64,000 nt of DNA, taken from assembly GCA_035559535.1 (NCBI GenBank), contig DATMBG010000017.1, positions 62,001-126,000 of the forward strand. The letters run 5' to 3'. Shown piece after piece: positions 40,818 to 50,350 of this stretch; the stretch's first letter is position 1; each line of letters starts with the position of its first letter. The notes beneath the pieces are model-generated. The model was not told the origin of the DNA and did no database searches. It was given only the letters and a program-made list of their open reading frames with translations. The position numbers and the translations under genes are program-made. Source of the stretch: Candidatus Limnocylindrales bacterium (GTDB lineage Bacteria; Moduliflexota; Moduliflexia; Moduliflexales; JAUQPW01).

Positions 40818-40970
40818 AAGCTTTCTCCTGACCGGTGAAAGTCGGAAAGAGGGCGGGGATCTCCTGAATTTCTTTTTAAAATTTCCCTCTTTTCGATCTC
40901 ACCTTTAGGATATAGGGTTTGGTAACGGTATGATATAGCCGTCGGTATAAGGACCTACTTCTTCGACTCT

Positions 40971-41417
40971 TTAACGGGTATTCAGCCAGGGCCATTTATC
41001 TGCCCCATCCTGAAAGTAAGTTGGACCCTTGGGGTTGTTTGGAACCTGATAGATCACTTGAGGCAGAGAAAATTCTTTGGTCTCTATGGTTTCGGGTGGA
41101 GTGACGGGTTTAGGTTTCAAGAAGCTTCCCATTTCCGGAACCTGTTCGCCTCCCTTTTCGCCTATTCCCAAGAACCGATCCCCTGTCATATTGGGATTTT
41201 CTCCCCTGGGGGATTGATAGATTGTACTCGGAGAAGGGGAAGGAGTTGTCGGCTTTGGTTTCAGGAAGCTTCCAAATTCCGTTACCACCTGTCCTCCCTT
41301 CTCCCCGACTCCCATAAACCGATCATCCTGTCCAAAAGCTAGGGAAGTGGTCAGGGTAATACCCACGGCCAGGAGGATTATCAGGATACTCTTTTGAAAT
41401 AAGAGATGTGTTTTCAT
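40971..41417 (-). CDS. Secreted hypothetical protein with two internal repeats
   Basis: AAAGGAG RBS before MKTHLL; signal peptide ending AFG; DRF(M/L)G(V/I)GEKGG....E(F/M)GSFLKPKP twice. Confidence 0.8.
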   Translation of the reverse strand: MKTHLLFQKSILIILLAVGITLTTSLAFGQDDRFMGVGEKGGQVVTEFGSFLKPKPTTPSPSPSTIYQSPRGENPNMTGDRFLGIGEKGGEQVPEMGSFLKPKPVTPPETIETKEFSLPQVIYQVPNNPKGPTYFQDGADKWPWLNTR

Positions 41418-41530
41418 GATGATCTCCTTTTGAAGAAGTAAAAGAAGCAAGTTTTTTTAAGACGACCCGGCGTTCTCCGGGTTTACTTGCCTCGGTTATA
41501 GATGCTATCGATTTGCTTACTTTTAATAAG

Positions 41531-41546
41531 AGCAATCCCCGTGCCA
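41531..41546 (-). promoter_or_regulatory. Sigma-54 (-24/-12) promoter
   Basis: Minus strand reads TGGCAC-GGGGA-TTGCT, the consensus spacing. Confidence 0.85.
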
Positions 41547-41620
41547 GGGCTGCAAAAAATCATCCTTTATAAGTATCTGTTTTTTAAAAGCTTATAAGAT
41601 CCCTGGAAAAATCCTTTTTC

Positions 41621-41728
41621 TTTTGTCTCTCTTTTAGAGACAAAAATTCAAAAGATTCTTTTAAGTATTTAAATTAAGCGAGCTTAAATAAGTAAAATTT
41701 TTTTACCATTAGTCTCTTTCTTAAAGAC
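41621..41728. promoter_or_regulatory. Two palindromic candidate activator (UAS) sites
   Basis: Perfect ttttgtctct-N5-agagacaaaa (41621-41645) and degenerate gtctct-N5-aaagac (41712-41728). Confidence 0.6.
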
Positions 41729-41783
41729 AGCGAAGAGAAAGGAAACAAGGGCGGGGAGAATCGAAAAAGGTATAAAATAAGGT

Positions 41784-43304
41784 TTACTTGAATTGATTTA
41801 AATCCAGCCCATTCCTCGAAAGGAGCTTATAAAGGAAGGTTCGGTTAACCCCGGCCTTTTGGGAGGCTTCCGCGATATTCCCCCGGGTTGATTGCAACAG
41901 GCGCCGCAAAAAGCTTTTTTCAATATCCCTCACAGCCAGTTGTCTGGCAGCTTCTTTGACCTCTTTGAGTTCTCTGTAGTTCTCTGGAATGGCCGGGTAG
42001 GGTCGCTTCAAAAAGCGCTGAGGTTGTTGAAGTTCCGGAGGAAGATCTTTTAACTTGATGGTTTCTCCTTTGGCTAAAACGATGGCCCTTTTAATAATGT
42101 TTTCCAATTCTCGAATATTCCCGGGATAATCGTATTCCAACAAGCGCTCTTGAGCGGCAGGTTCTATCTCCTGAATCCGTCTGCGAAACTCCTTATTAAA
42201 TTTCTTCATGAAGAAATTAATCAGTAACGGAATATCTCCTCGCCGCCCTCGCAAAGGAGGAAGTTCCAGTGTAACCACATTAAGTCGGTAATAAAGGTCC
42301 TCACGGAAGGTCCCTTCCGCAATCATCCGTTTCAAATCTTTATGGGTTGCGGCTACAACACGCACATCGACGGTCAACAATTGGTTACTTCCTACCCTTT
42401 GGATTTCTCCAAATTGGAGGGCCCGAAGGAGCTTGGTCTGAAGGTTCAGGCTCATATCCCCGATTTCATCCAGGAACAGTGTTCCATGGTTAGCCGCCTC
42501 GAACTTTCCGATTCGGGTATAGGTAGCTCCTGTGAAGGATCCCCGTTCATGTCCAAAAAGCTCAGACTCCAGTAAGCTTTCAGGGATGGCCCCACAATTG
42601 ACCGTAATAAAAGGATACTCGGATCGGGAACTACTATAATGAATGGCCCGGGCTATAAGCTCTTTTCCGGTTCCACTTTCTCCATAAACAATAACCGGAA
42701 CAGATGTTGGGGCAACCTGTTCGACCAGGTTCAGGATATTAACCAGCTTTTCATCGGTTCCTACGATACTGTTAAAAATCGAGCTTTCTTTAAGCTGCTG
42801 CCTGAGATAAATATTCTCTTCCGCCAATCGTTCTTTAATAGCCTTTATCTGATTGTAGACCTTTAAAAGTTCCAGGTGCTGCCGCTCAAAAATCTCTACG
42901 TTTCGGCGCAGTCGAAGACTTAAAAGCTTGAATATAGCCAGCATCAAAGGCGGATCATGGGCCAGAATTTCGTGGAAAGTATCGCAGGGTATTTGGAGAA
43001 GGAGGGTATCTTCCAGAGTTTGGGCCGATGCAGACCGCAATCCTCTATCCACAACGGCAATTTCACCGAGTACATCTCCACGCTCCCCAATCATCAACTC
43101 GGCATCGTGATGGTAAACCCGAACTTTACCTCGAAAAATCACATAGACGGCATCCCCGGGACTATTCTCCTCAAATACGGAGGTCTGCTCAGGAATAAAA
43201 ACTTCCTTAGCGGCCAGGGCCAATCGGAGAGACTCTTCTTCTTTTAAAGCGGTAAAGAGATCAATACCCTGTAAAAATTCTTTTTTCTCTTGAAGAGATA
43301 ACAT
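41784..43304 (-). CDS. Sigma-54 enhancer-binding protein with an N-terminal cyclic-nucleotide-binding domain
   Basis: cNMP cassette GEIAVVDRGLRSASA; GESGTGKE, GSFTGA, FLDEIGD and FREDLYYRL motifs; Fis-type HTH. Confidence 0.93.
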   Translation of the reverse strand: MLSLQEKKEFLQGIDLFTALKEEESLRLALAAKEVFIPEQTSVFEENSPGDAVYVIFRGKVRVYHHDAELMIGERGDVLGEIAVVDRGLRSASAQTLEDTLLLQIPCDTFHEILAHDPPLMLAIFKLLSLRLRRNVEIFERQHLELLKVYNQIKAIKERLAEENIYLRQQLKESSIFNSIVGTDEKLVNILNLVEQVAPTSVPVIVYGESGTGKELIARAIHYSSSRSEYPFITVNCGAIPESLLESELFGHERGSFTGATYTRIGKFEAANHGTLFLDEIGDMSLNLQTKLLRALQFGEIQRVGSNQLLTVDVRVVAATHKDLKRMIAEGTFREDLYYRLNVVTLELPPLRGRRGDIPLLINFFMKKFNKEFRRRIQEIEPAAQERLLEYDYPGNIRELENIIKRAIVLAKGETIKLKDLPPELQQPQRFLKRPYPAIPENYRELKEVKEAARQLAVRDIEKSFLRRLLQSTRGNIAEASQKAGVNRTFLYKLLSRNGLDLNQFK

Positions 43305-43394
43305 ATAATGTTTTATTAACAGAAGTTTTGTTCATCGTCAAGGAAAATCCTTAACAATCCCTGAAAACCTTTACCCATTTATTTACCTCCTTCT

Positions 43395-44219
43395 ATGCGG
43401 ATTTCCAGGCCATTTTCAAGTCTTTTTCTTCCCCACCGTTACCCGGGTCCGCTTTTAAAAGGACGGTTTATCCGGCGACCTCATCGTTTTGCCGCCCAGG
43501 TCCAATTGGACCGGGTGGATCTCCTATCCCGGGCCGGGGAGTTAGGTCTTAATCCTTCTCTTTTAACCGGGCTGACCCAGGAACCTGTCGTAACCCATGT
43601 ACCCGACCCCGGACGACTTCTGGAATTACTTCAACCCGGCGTAGAAGTTTATGTAAGCCTGGCCGCCTTAACCTCTTCGAAGGAATCCTTACGAAACCGG
43701 AAAACCTTCTCTACACTTCTTCTGGTCCGGTCTTCAGATCCCCCTTATCCTCTGGTTTCTCTGGATACTCCCTCTGCTAATCGCCTCGCCGAGGCCATTT
43801 TGAGACACTCCCGGTTCTCCCCTATAGGAACCTCCTGGCAGTTCAAGCGAGAATACAAAATCGGAGAAAGTCGGCTGGATTTTTACCTTCATCAAGATAA
43901 GCATGAGTTATTTTTGGAAGTTAAATCGGTCTCCCTGGTAAAAAATCAAATCGCCCTGTTTCCAGATGCTCCTACTTTGCGCGGAGTCCGGCACCTTCAT
44001 GAATTAATCGACCTCAGGCGACAGGGAAAACAGGCAGCGGTTTTATTTGTAGCCCAGAGAGACGATCTCCTCTGCATTCGCCCCAATCGGGATACCGATC
44101 CCCGATTTGCCACCGTATTGAAAGAGGCTTATCAACAAGGGGTCCAGCTTTTCGGGGTCAAATTTAAAGTCTCTTTAGAGGGTTACTTCTATCAAGGGCC
44201 TGTTCCCGTTGAAATTTAA
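43395..44219 (+). CDS. sfsA: SfsA family DNA/RNA nuclease
   Basis: RRPHRF, HVPDPGRLLEL, SRLDF, EVKSVSL and FPDAPTLRGVRH motifs. Confidence 0.9.
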   Translation: MRISRPFSSLFLPHRYPGPLLKGRFIRRPHRFAAQVQLDRVDLLSRAGELGLNPSLLTGLTQEPVVTHVPDPGRLLELLQPGVEVYVSLAALTSSKESLRNRKTFSTLLLVRSSDPPYPLVSLDTPSANRLAEAILRHSRFSPIGTSWQFKREYKIGESRLDFYLHQDKHELFLEVKSVSLVKNQIALFPDAPTLRGVRHLHELIDLRRQGKQAAVLFVAQRDDLLCIRPNRDTDPRFATVLKEAYQQGVQLFGVKFKVSLEGYFYQGPVPVEI

Positions 44220-44223
44220 AGGG

Positions 44224-44252
44224 TTGACACCGGCCAGATAACACGCTAAATT
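44224..44252 (+). promoter_or_regulatory. Sigma-70-like promoter implying a nearly leaderless transcript
   Basis: TTGACA-N17-TAAATT ending 10 nt before ATG 44263. Confidence 0.5.
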
Positions 44253-44262
44253 AGAGTCCAAC

Positions 44263-45690
44263 ATGGACTTACAATTAAACCCTGAAAAAACCTTTGCCAT
44301 CGTTGCCGATGATCTCACCGGGGCCAATGATACAGGAATTCAGTTTTTGAAGAAAGGACTCAAAACCTTAGTGATTCTTGATCTGGAAATAGAGCCCGGG
44401 TTGATCAACGATATTCAGGTGGTGGTGTTGAATACCGATAGCCGTTTCCTGGCCCCCGAGCAGGCGTATGCCCAAACCAGGGCCATGGGTCTTGTTTTGA
44501 AAAATTTAAAGATTTCCCGAGTATATAAAAAAATAGACTCTACGCTACGGGGTCATATCGGAACCGAGATCGACGCCCTCATGGAGATTTTAAACTTTAA
44601 AGTCTGTTTTCTGACCCCGGCTTTTCCGGTTTATGGGCGAACGGTTCAAAATGGAAGTCTCTATCTTGATGGAGTTCCCATCCATAAAACGGCGATAGCT
44701 TCAGATCCTACCTTTTATATGAAAAACGCCTTTATTCCGGATTTGCTGGTCCGACAGACCCGACGGAAGGTAGAGGTAATTCCTTTAGAAACCCTTCGCC
44801 AGGGGAAAGAGACTTTACTCCCAAACGTTCATCGGCTTATCCAGGACGGTACCGAGATTTTTGTCCTGGACGCTTTAGTCCAGGATGACCTGAAAATCGC
44901 AGCTCAGACCATCGCCAGGCTCTCCATGCCCGTTTTAATTTGCGGTTCCGCAGGATTGGCTGCCGAGATTCCGGAAGCATTTCATCTGGAGGGAACAGCG
45001 GGGAAGGAAAAAAAGAACGGAAGAAGGAAAGACGAGGAAAAAGAAAGAAGCTTTTTCCTCCCTTTCTCCGATTCTCCCCCTCGATTTTCTGTAGTGGGAA
45101 TTTGTGGAAGTCTGAGCCCGGTGACCCGGGAACAGGTAGAGTATGCCGCAAGAAATTTGCAAATACCGGTTTTAGAAGCTTTATCAGATAAAATGGTGGA
45201 TGAGCAAGAAAAGACAGGGGAGATTCAAAGGCTCGTTACCCGGGCCCTTTCCTACCTTATCCAGGGTAAAGATATTTTAGTAACCACCGACAACTCCCGA
45301 AAAGAACTTCCGTCGGAGGTTTTTTTAAGGCATAGCCGTCAGGTAGCTCAGGCTTTAGGAGATCTGGCGGTGGAGCTACTTAACTCCACCCGCTGTAAAG
45401 TCCAGGAGATGGGACAAATTTCGGGTTTATTCTTAACCGGAGGAGATATTGCCTTGAGTGTGTGTCAGCATTTGGGAGCCAGGGGTATTTATCTGGTGGA
45501 GGAGGTATTACCGGGAATTCCCTCCGGCCGTTTAATCGGAGGAGATTCTGCAGGGTTAAACATTATTACGAAAGCAGGCGCTTTTGGTCATCCAGAAGCC
45601 ATAGCCCGATGCATCGAATATTTAAAAACCAGGCATCAGGATACCGGCTTCAGAGGTCAGAAGGAAAATCTTCCGAATTCTGATTCCTGA
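44263..45690 (+). CDS. Four-carbon acid sugar kinase family (DUF1537)
   Basis: ADDLTGAND, YKKIDSTLRG, GSAGLA, TGGDIA and TKAGAFG motifs. Confidence 0.92.
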   Translation: MDLQLNPEKTFAIVADDLTGANDTGIQFLKKGLKTLVILDLEIEPGLINDIQVVVLNTDSRFLAPEQAYAQTRAMGLVLKNLKISRVYKKIDSTLRGHIGTEIDALMEILNFKVCFLTPAFPVYGRTVQNGSLYLDGVPIHKTAIASDPTFYMKNAFIPDLLVRQTRRKVEVIPLETLRQGKETLLPNVHRLIQDGTEIFVLDALVQDDLKIAAQTIARLSMPVLICGSAGLAAEIPEAFHLEGTAGKEKKNGRRKDEEKERSFFLPFSDSPPRFSVVGICGSLSPVTREQVEYAARNLQIPVLEALSDKMVDEQEKTGEIQRLVTRALSYLIQGKDILVTTDNSRKELPSEVFLRHSRQVAQALGDLAVELLNSTRCKVQEMGQISGLFLTGGDIALSVCQHLGARGIYLVEEVLPGIPSGRLIGGDSAGLNIITKAGAFGHPEAIARCIEYLKTRHQDTGFRGQKENLPNSDS

Positions 45691-45712
45691 ATCCTGGATC
45701 CTGTTTTCTATC

Positions 45713-46744
45713 ATGTCAGAGAAACCAATTATCGGAATAACCATCGGAGACGTAGCAGGGGTCGGGCCCGAAGTGACGGCTAAAGTCCTTGCCCACAAGC
45801 AGGTTTATGAGATCTGTAAGCCCCTGGTTATCGGAGATGGTAAGATCATGAAAAAGGCCTGTGAAGTCACCGGGGTTCCGTTAACCATTCATTCCCTTCA
45901 ACAACCGTCCGAAGCAAAGTTTGAGTATGGAACCATGGATGTCCTGGATCTGGATAATATAGATATGAGCCGATTCGAGTACGGAAAAGTGAGTGCCATG
46001 GCAGGTAAAGCAGCCGGAGATTACATTATAAAAGCCGTCGATCTGGCTTTAGCCAGGCAAATAGATGCCATAGTGACCTGTCCCATCAATAAAGAAGCCT
46101 TGCAAGCTGGGGGATATAAATACGATGGGCATACCGAGTTTCTGGCCGATTTGACCCATACCAAAAATTATGCCATGCTCCTGGTTAACGGTACTTTCCG
46201 GGTAGCCCATGTGTCCACCCATTGCTCCCTTCGAGAAGCCTGCGATCGGGTTAAAAAACCCAGGGTTTTAACGGTTATCCGATTACTCCACAATACCCTC
46301 CGGCAGCTTAAAATTGAATCTCCTAGAATTGGGGTTGCCGGGCTTAATCCCCATGCCGGGGAACATGGTTTATTCGGAGATGAAGAAATAAAGGAGATTA
46401 CCCCGGCCATTGAGGAAGCGAGAAAAGAAGGTATTCAGGTGGTAGGTCCCCTTCCCCCGGATACCATCTTTACCCATTTACGGGGAAGGGTCTTTGATGG
46501 GGTGGTAGCCATGTACCACGATCAGGGACATATCCCCTCCAAAGTCCTGGGATTTGTCGTGGATCCGGAGACCGGAGAATGGATCGATATGAAAGGGGTA
46601 AATGTAACCATTGGACTTCCCATCATCCGGGTTTCAGTGGAACATGGAACGGCTTATGATAAGGCCGGAAAGGGAATCGCAAACCCCAATAGTTTACGGG
46701 AAGCCATCCAGGTTGCCGTCGAACTGGCAGGAGGGACGAGGTAG
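45713..46744 (+). CDS. pdxA: PdxA-family dehydrogenase (PdxA2-like, 4-phospho-tetronate dehydrogenase by context)
   Basis: GD.AGVGPE, GHTEFL, GLNPHAGE, MYHDQG and HGTAYD motifs; adjacent to the DUF1537 kinase. Confidence 0.92.
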   Translation: MSEKPIIGITIGDVAGVGPEVTAKVLAHKQVYEICKPLVIGDGKIMKKACEVTGVPLTIHSLQQPSEAKFEYGTMDVLDLDNIDMSRFEYGKVSAMAGKAAGDYIIKAVDLALARQIDAIVTCPINKEALQAGGYKYDGHTEFLADLTHTKNYAMLLVNGTFRVAHVSTHCSLREACDRVKKPRVLTVIRLLHNTLRQLKIESPRIGVAGLNPHAGEHGLFGDEEIKEITPAIEEARKEGIQVVGPLPPDTIFTHLRGRVFDGVVAMYHDQGHIPSKVLGFVVDPETGEWIDMKGVNVTIGLPIIRVSVEHGTAYDKAGKGIANPNSLREAIQVAVELAGGTR

Positions 46745-46842
46745 AAAATACCTTTAATTTAATTTGATCCGAATAGAAAACGAAATAAAAAGAATCTGAT
46801 TACAAATAAAACCAAAACTTCAAGGTATACAAAGGGGAAAGT

Positions 46843-47817
46843 ATGAATGACTCTGGCCCTTTCAAGGTTTTGTATTTTAGTGTTACAAATCCCGAGTTGT
46901 ATGAAGTCATCCGATCTCTGGCTCCAAAGGGATTTGAAGTAATAACTCTGGACCGGGGAGATGAACCCGAACGATTAGAGAAACTCCAGGAAGCAGATTT
47001 TATTCTGGTAGCCGATTCGGCGATAACCAGGGTCCATATCCAGGCAGCCCCCCGTTTAAAGATGATTCAACATCAAGGGGTAGGCTATGAAAAAATTGAT
47101 TTAGCCGCAGCGGCGGAAGCAGGGGTCGTGGTAGGAATAACTCCGGAGGGGACAACCATACCGGTTGCCGAGCATACCATTCTCCTGATTCTGGCTCTTT
47201 ATAGAAGGCTTCCCACAGCCCATCAATCCTTGTTGGAGGGAAAATGGCTCCAATGGGGATTACGGATGCAGTCCTTTGATTTGTACGGTAAGACCTTAGG
47301 GATTGTAGGAATGGGGCGGATCGGTCGGGCTGTTGCTTTCCGTGCAAAAAATTTTGGCGTGAATATCCTTTACTACGATAAATACCTTCGATTAAACGCC
47401 GAGGAAGAGCGAGAGTTACAGGCCCGGTTTTGTTCCTTTGAAGAACTCCTATCGACTTCGGACATTGTGTCCCTTCATGTCCTCCTGAGTGAGGAAACCC
47501 ATCACCTGATGGGACGGGATCAACTTAAATTGATGAAGAAATCGGCCGTGCTCATCAACACCTGTCGAGGTCAGGTGGTGGATGAATCCGCCCTTTATGA
47601 AGCCTTAAAAAACAGGTCTATTGCCGGAGCAGCACTGGATGTTTTCTATCAAGAACCCCCGGATCCCCAGAATCCCCTGTTCAAGCTCGATAACGTCGTT
47701 CTCACCCCCCACATCGCAGCTGGAACCCTCGATGGGTTTAAAACCAAAATCCAGGCGGCCTTTGCCAACATGGTTCGATTTGTGGAAGGGAAACCTATTT
47801 TAAACCGGGTTAAGTAG
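46843..47817 (+). CDS. D-2-hydroxyacid dehydrogenase
   Basis: GMGRIG, INTCRG, LDVFYQEP and TPHIA motifs. Confidence 0.92.
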   Translation: MNDSGPFKVLYFSVTNPELYEVIRSLAPKGFEVITLDRGDEPERLEKLQEADFILVADSAITRVHIQAAPRLKMIQHQGVGYEKIDLAAAAEAGVVVGITPEGTTIPVAEHTILLILALYRRLPTAHQSLLEGKWLQWGLRMQSFDLYGKTLGIVGMGRIGRAVAFRAKNFGVNILYYDKYLRLNAEEERELQARFCSFEELLSTSDIVSLHVLLSEETHHLMGRDQLKLMKKSAVLINTCRGQVVDESALYEALKNRSIAGAALDVFYQEPPDPQNPLFKLDNVVLTPHIAAGTLDGFKTKIQAAFANMVRFVEGKPILNRVK

Positions 47818-47845
47818 AAAAAATAAAAGACTAAAGGGCAAAGGC

Positions 47846-47872
47846 GAAAGTAGGTTAAGCGTCCGCGCTTGA
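47846..47872. repeat. Left arm of a 27-bp inverted repeat flanking glgB
   Basis: gaaagtaggttaagcgtccgcgcttga; 25/27 match to the reverse complement of 49851-49877. Confidence 0.85.
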
Positions 47873-47919
47873 TAGAAGGGTGTTTTTCCTTTCGCTTTTG
47901 CCCTTTAGCCTTAAAGAAT

Positions 47920-49812
47920 GTGAGTTTTCTTACAAGTCATGATATTTACCTCTTCAAACAAGGGAGCCACTTCAGACTTTATAATAAGCTGGGTTCCCAT
48001 ATCACAACCCTGGAAGGGGTCCAGGGGACCTACTTTGCTGTATGGGCTCCCAATGCCGAATATGTATCGGTGATTGGAGACTTTAACGGATGGAATCGAG
48101 AATCCCATCCCCTCAAGATAAGGGAAGATGAATCGGGTATCTGGGAAGGATTTATTGCAGGTGTTGGCCCGGGAACCCTTTACAAATACCACATCATCTC
48201 TCGATACAATCTCTACCGGGTAGATAAAGGGGATCCCTTTGCTTTTCGCTGGGAAACTCCCCCCAAAACAGCTTCCATGGTATGGGATCTCACCTATGAA
48301 TGGGCCGATAAGAATTGGATGGAAAACAGATATAAAGCGAATGCTTTGGAGGCTCCCTGGGCCATTTATGAGGTTCATTTAGGTTCATGGCGGCGGGTAC
48401 CTGAAGAAGGGAATAGATTCCTCACGTACAGGGAAATGGCTCCTTACCTGGCGGATTATGTCCGGGAAATGGGTTTTACCCATGTGGAATTTTTACCGAT
48501 TATGGAGCATCCTTTTTACGGTTCCTGGGGGTATCAAATCGTGGGCTACTTTGCACCTACCAGCCGATATGGAACCCCTCAGGATTTCATGTACCTGATT
48601 GATTATCTTCATCAACATGGCATCGGAGTCATCTTGGACTGGGTTCCTTCTCATTTTCCGTCCGATGAGCATGGATTGGTTTATTTTGACGGTACTCATC
48701 TCTACGAACATGCGGACCCCAGGAAAGGTTACCATCCGGATTGGAACAGTTACATCTTTAACCACGGTCGAAACGAAGTACGTGCCTTTTTGATCAGTAG
48801 TGCCCTTTTCTGGCTGGATAAATATCATATCGACGGTCTTCGGGTCGACGCCGTAGCCTCTATGCTCTATCTGGATTATTCTCGAAAAGAGGGGGAATGG
48901 ATACCCAATATATTTGGTGGAAGGGAAAATTTAGAAGCCATAAGCTTTCTAAAGAGATTTAATGAAATGGTCTATGGGGAATACCCCGATGTCCAGACCA
49001 TCGCCGAAGAATCCACGGCCTGGCCCATGGTTTCAAAGCCGGTTTACATCGGAGGCCTCGGCTTTGGGATGAAATGGAACATGGGATGGATGCACGATAC
49101 CCTGAAATACCTGTCCACCGATCCTATTTTCCGGAAGTATCACCATAACCAGTTAACCTTTAGTATCTGGTATGCCTTTTCGGAAAACTTTGTGCTTCCG
49201 CTCTCCCATGATGAAGTCGTTCATGGTAAAGGCTCGTTACTTGGAAAAATGCCCGGGGACGAATGGCAGCGGAATGCCAATCTCAGGCTTCTATTTGGTT
49301 ATATGTACGGTCATCCCGGAAAAAAACTCCTTTTTATGGGTGGAGAGATAGGGCAATGGCGAGAGTGGAATCACGAGGAGAGTATCGAGTGGCATGTCCT
49401 GGACTATCCTTTCCATCGAGGGGTTCAAAAGTGGGTTCGGGATTTGAACCACTTCTACCGTACTGAACCTGCCTTATATGAGTTGGATTTCCGAATGGAA
49501 GGCTTTGAGTGGATCGATTTCCATGATTGGGAGCACAGCATTATCAGTTTCCTGAGAAAAGGTAAGACCACCTCCGATTTGATTCTGGTGGTATGCAACT
49601 TCACCCCTGTTCCCCGAGAAAATTATCTGATAGGGGTTCCGCGAGGTGGTTTCTGGAAGGAAATGCTCAACAGCGATGCGGATTTTTACGGTGGGAGTGG
49701 GGTCGGAAATGCAGGCGGTGTTGAAGCAATTTCCCAAACGGTCTTTGGGAGGCCCTACGCCCTGTCGCTGACACTACCCCCTTTAGGGGTTCTCTTCTTT
49801 AAAAGCTCCTAG
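47920..49812 (+). CDS. glgB: 1,4-alpha-glucan branching enzyme (short form)
   Basis: [41 protein letters not shown] and [10 protein letters not shown] motifs; start uncertain (GTG 47920 versus TTG 47869 inside repeat DNA). Confidence 0.93.
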   Translation: MSFLTSHDIYLFKQGSHFRLYNKLGSHITTLEGVQGTYFAVWAPNAEYVSVIGDFNGWNRESHPLKIREDESGIWEGFIAGVGPGTLYKYHIISRYNLYRVDKGDPFAFRWETPPKTASMVWDLTYEWADKNWMENRYKANALEAPWAIYEVHLGSWRRVPEEGNRFLTYREMAPYLADYVREMGFTHVEFLPIMEHPFYGSWGYQIVGYFAPTSRYGTPQDFMYLIDYLHQHGIGVILDWVPSHFPSDEHGLVYFDGTHLYEHADPRKGYHPDWNSYIFNHGRNEVRAFLISSALFWLDKYHIDGLRVDAVASMLYLDYSRKEGEWIPNIFGGRENLEAISFLKRFNEMVYGEYPDVQTIAEESTAWPMVSKPVYIGGLGFGMKWNMGWMHDTLKYLSTDPIFRKYHHNQLTFSIWYAFSENFVLPLSHDEVVHGKGSLLGKMPGDEWQRNANLRLLFGYMYGHPGKKLLFMGGEIGQWREWNHEESIEWHVLDYPFHRGVQKWVRDLNHFYRTEPALYELDFRMEGFEWIDFHDWEHSIISFLRKGKTTSDLILVVCNFTPVPRENYLIGVPRGGFWKEMLNSDADFYGGSGVGNAGGVEAISQTVFGRPYALSLTLPPLGVLFFKSS

Positions 49813-49850
49813 TTCGCCAGTCAAGAGCCCAGGCTCAGACTTCTTTTATG

Positions 49851-49877
49851 TCAAGCATGGACGCTTAACCTACTTTC
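49851..49877. repeat. Right arm of the 27-bp inverted repeat flanking glgB
   Basis: tcaagcatggacgcttaacctactttc. Confidence 0.85.
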
Positions 49878-49912
49878 CTTTAATAATTTTAGGATCTCTA
49901 CCCCTCAGAGTT

Positions 49913-50008
49913 CATAGGGGCTAGTATAAAGCTTAGTTGGGAGCGCAACCGTCTGCTCTACCCTGCACTGCCAGAATCAGGCTTTTCTATCTTATCCCGG
50001 CATGTAGG
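49913..50008. mobile_element. Short degenerate MITE of the 18984-19478 family
   Basis: Ends cataggggctagtataaa and cttatcccggcatgtagg resemble the TIRs at 18984 and 19461. Confidence 0.45.
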
Positions 50009-50020
50009 CCCTCAAAGCCT

Positions 50021-50302
50021 CTACTTCGAATCGTTCAAGAGTCGAAGCTTTCTGGAAAGTTTAAGATATCGAACCCAGGGTTGTTCAGATAATTCTCGAA
50101 CGGCATGCGCCGAAAGGGTTCCGGTAAATATAAATTGTTCACCGGAACCGATATTTACTCCTAGTTTTTTTAAGAATGCAACTTTAGCCTTGTCGGAAGT
50201 GGGTTCTGTATGGATGAAGACGGAGAAAAGGGGCGCCTCGGGATCTTGAGCACTTTCTAACGCCGTAGCCAGGGCCGCATCTAATTTCTTATAATCTGTC
50301 AT
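50021..50302 (-). CDS. Free-standing subtilase prodomain-like protein (putative inhibitor)
   Basis: Aligns by eye with the N-terminal ~105 aa of the adjacent S8 protease. Confidence 0.7.
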   Translation of the reverse strand: MTDYKKLDAALATALESAQDPEAPLFSVFIHTEPTSDKAKVAFLKKLGVNIGSGEQFIFTGTLSAHAVRELSEQPWVRYLKLSRKLRLLNDSK

Positions 50303-50350
50303 AAGCTGTTTTCTCCCGGCTTTAGGCCAGGGTCTATTCCACCTCCCGGC

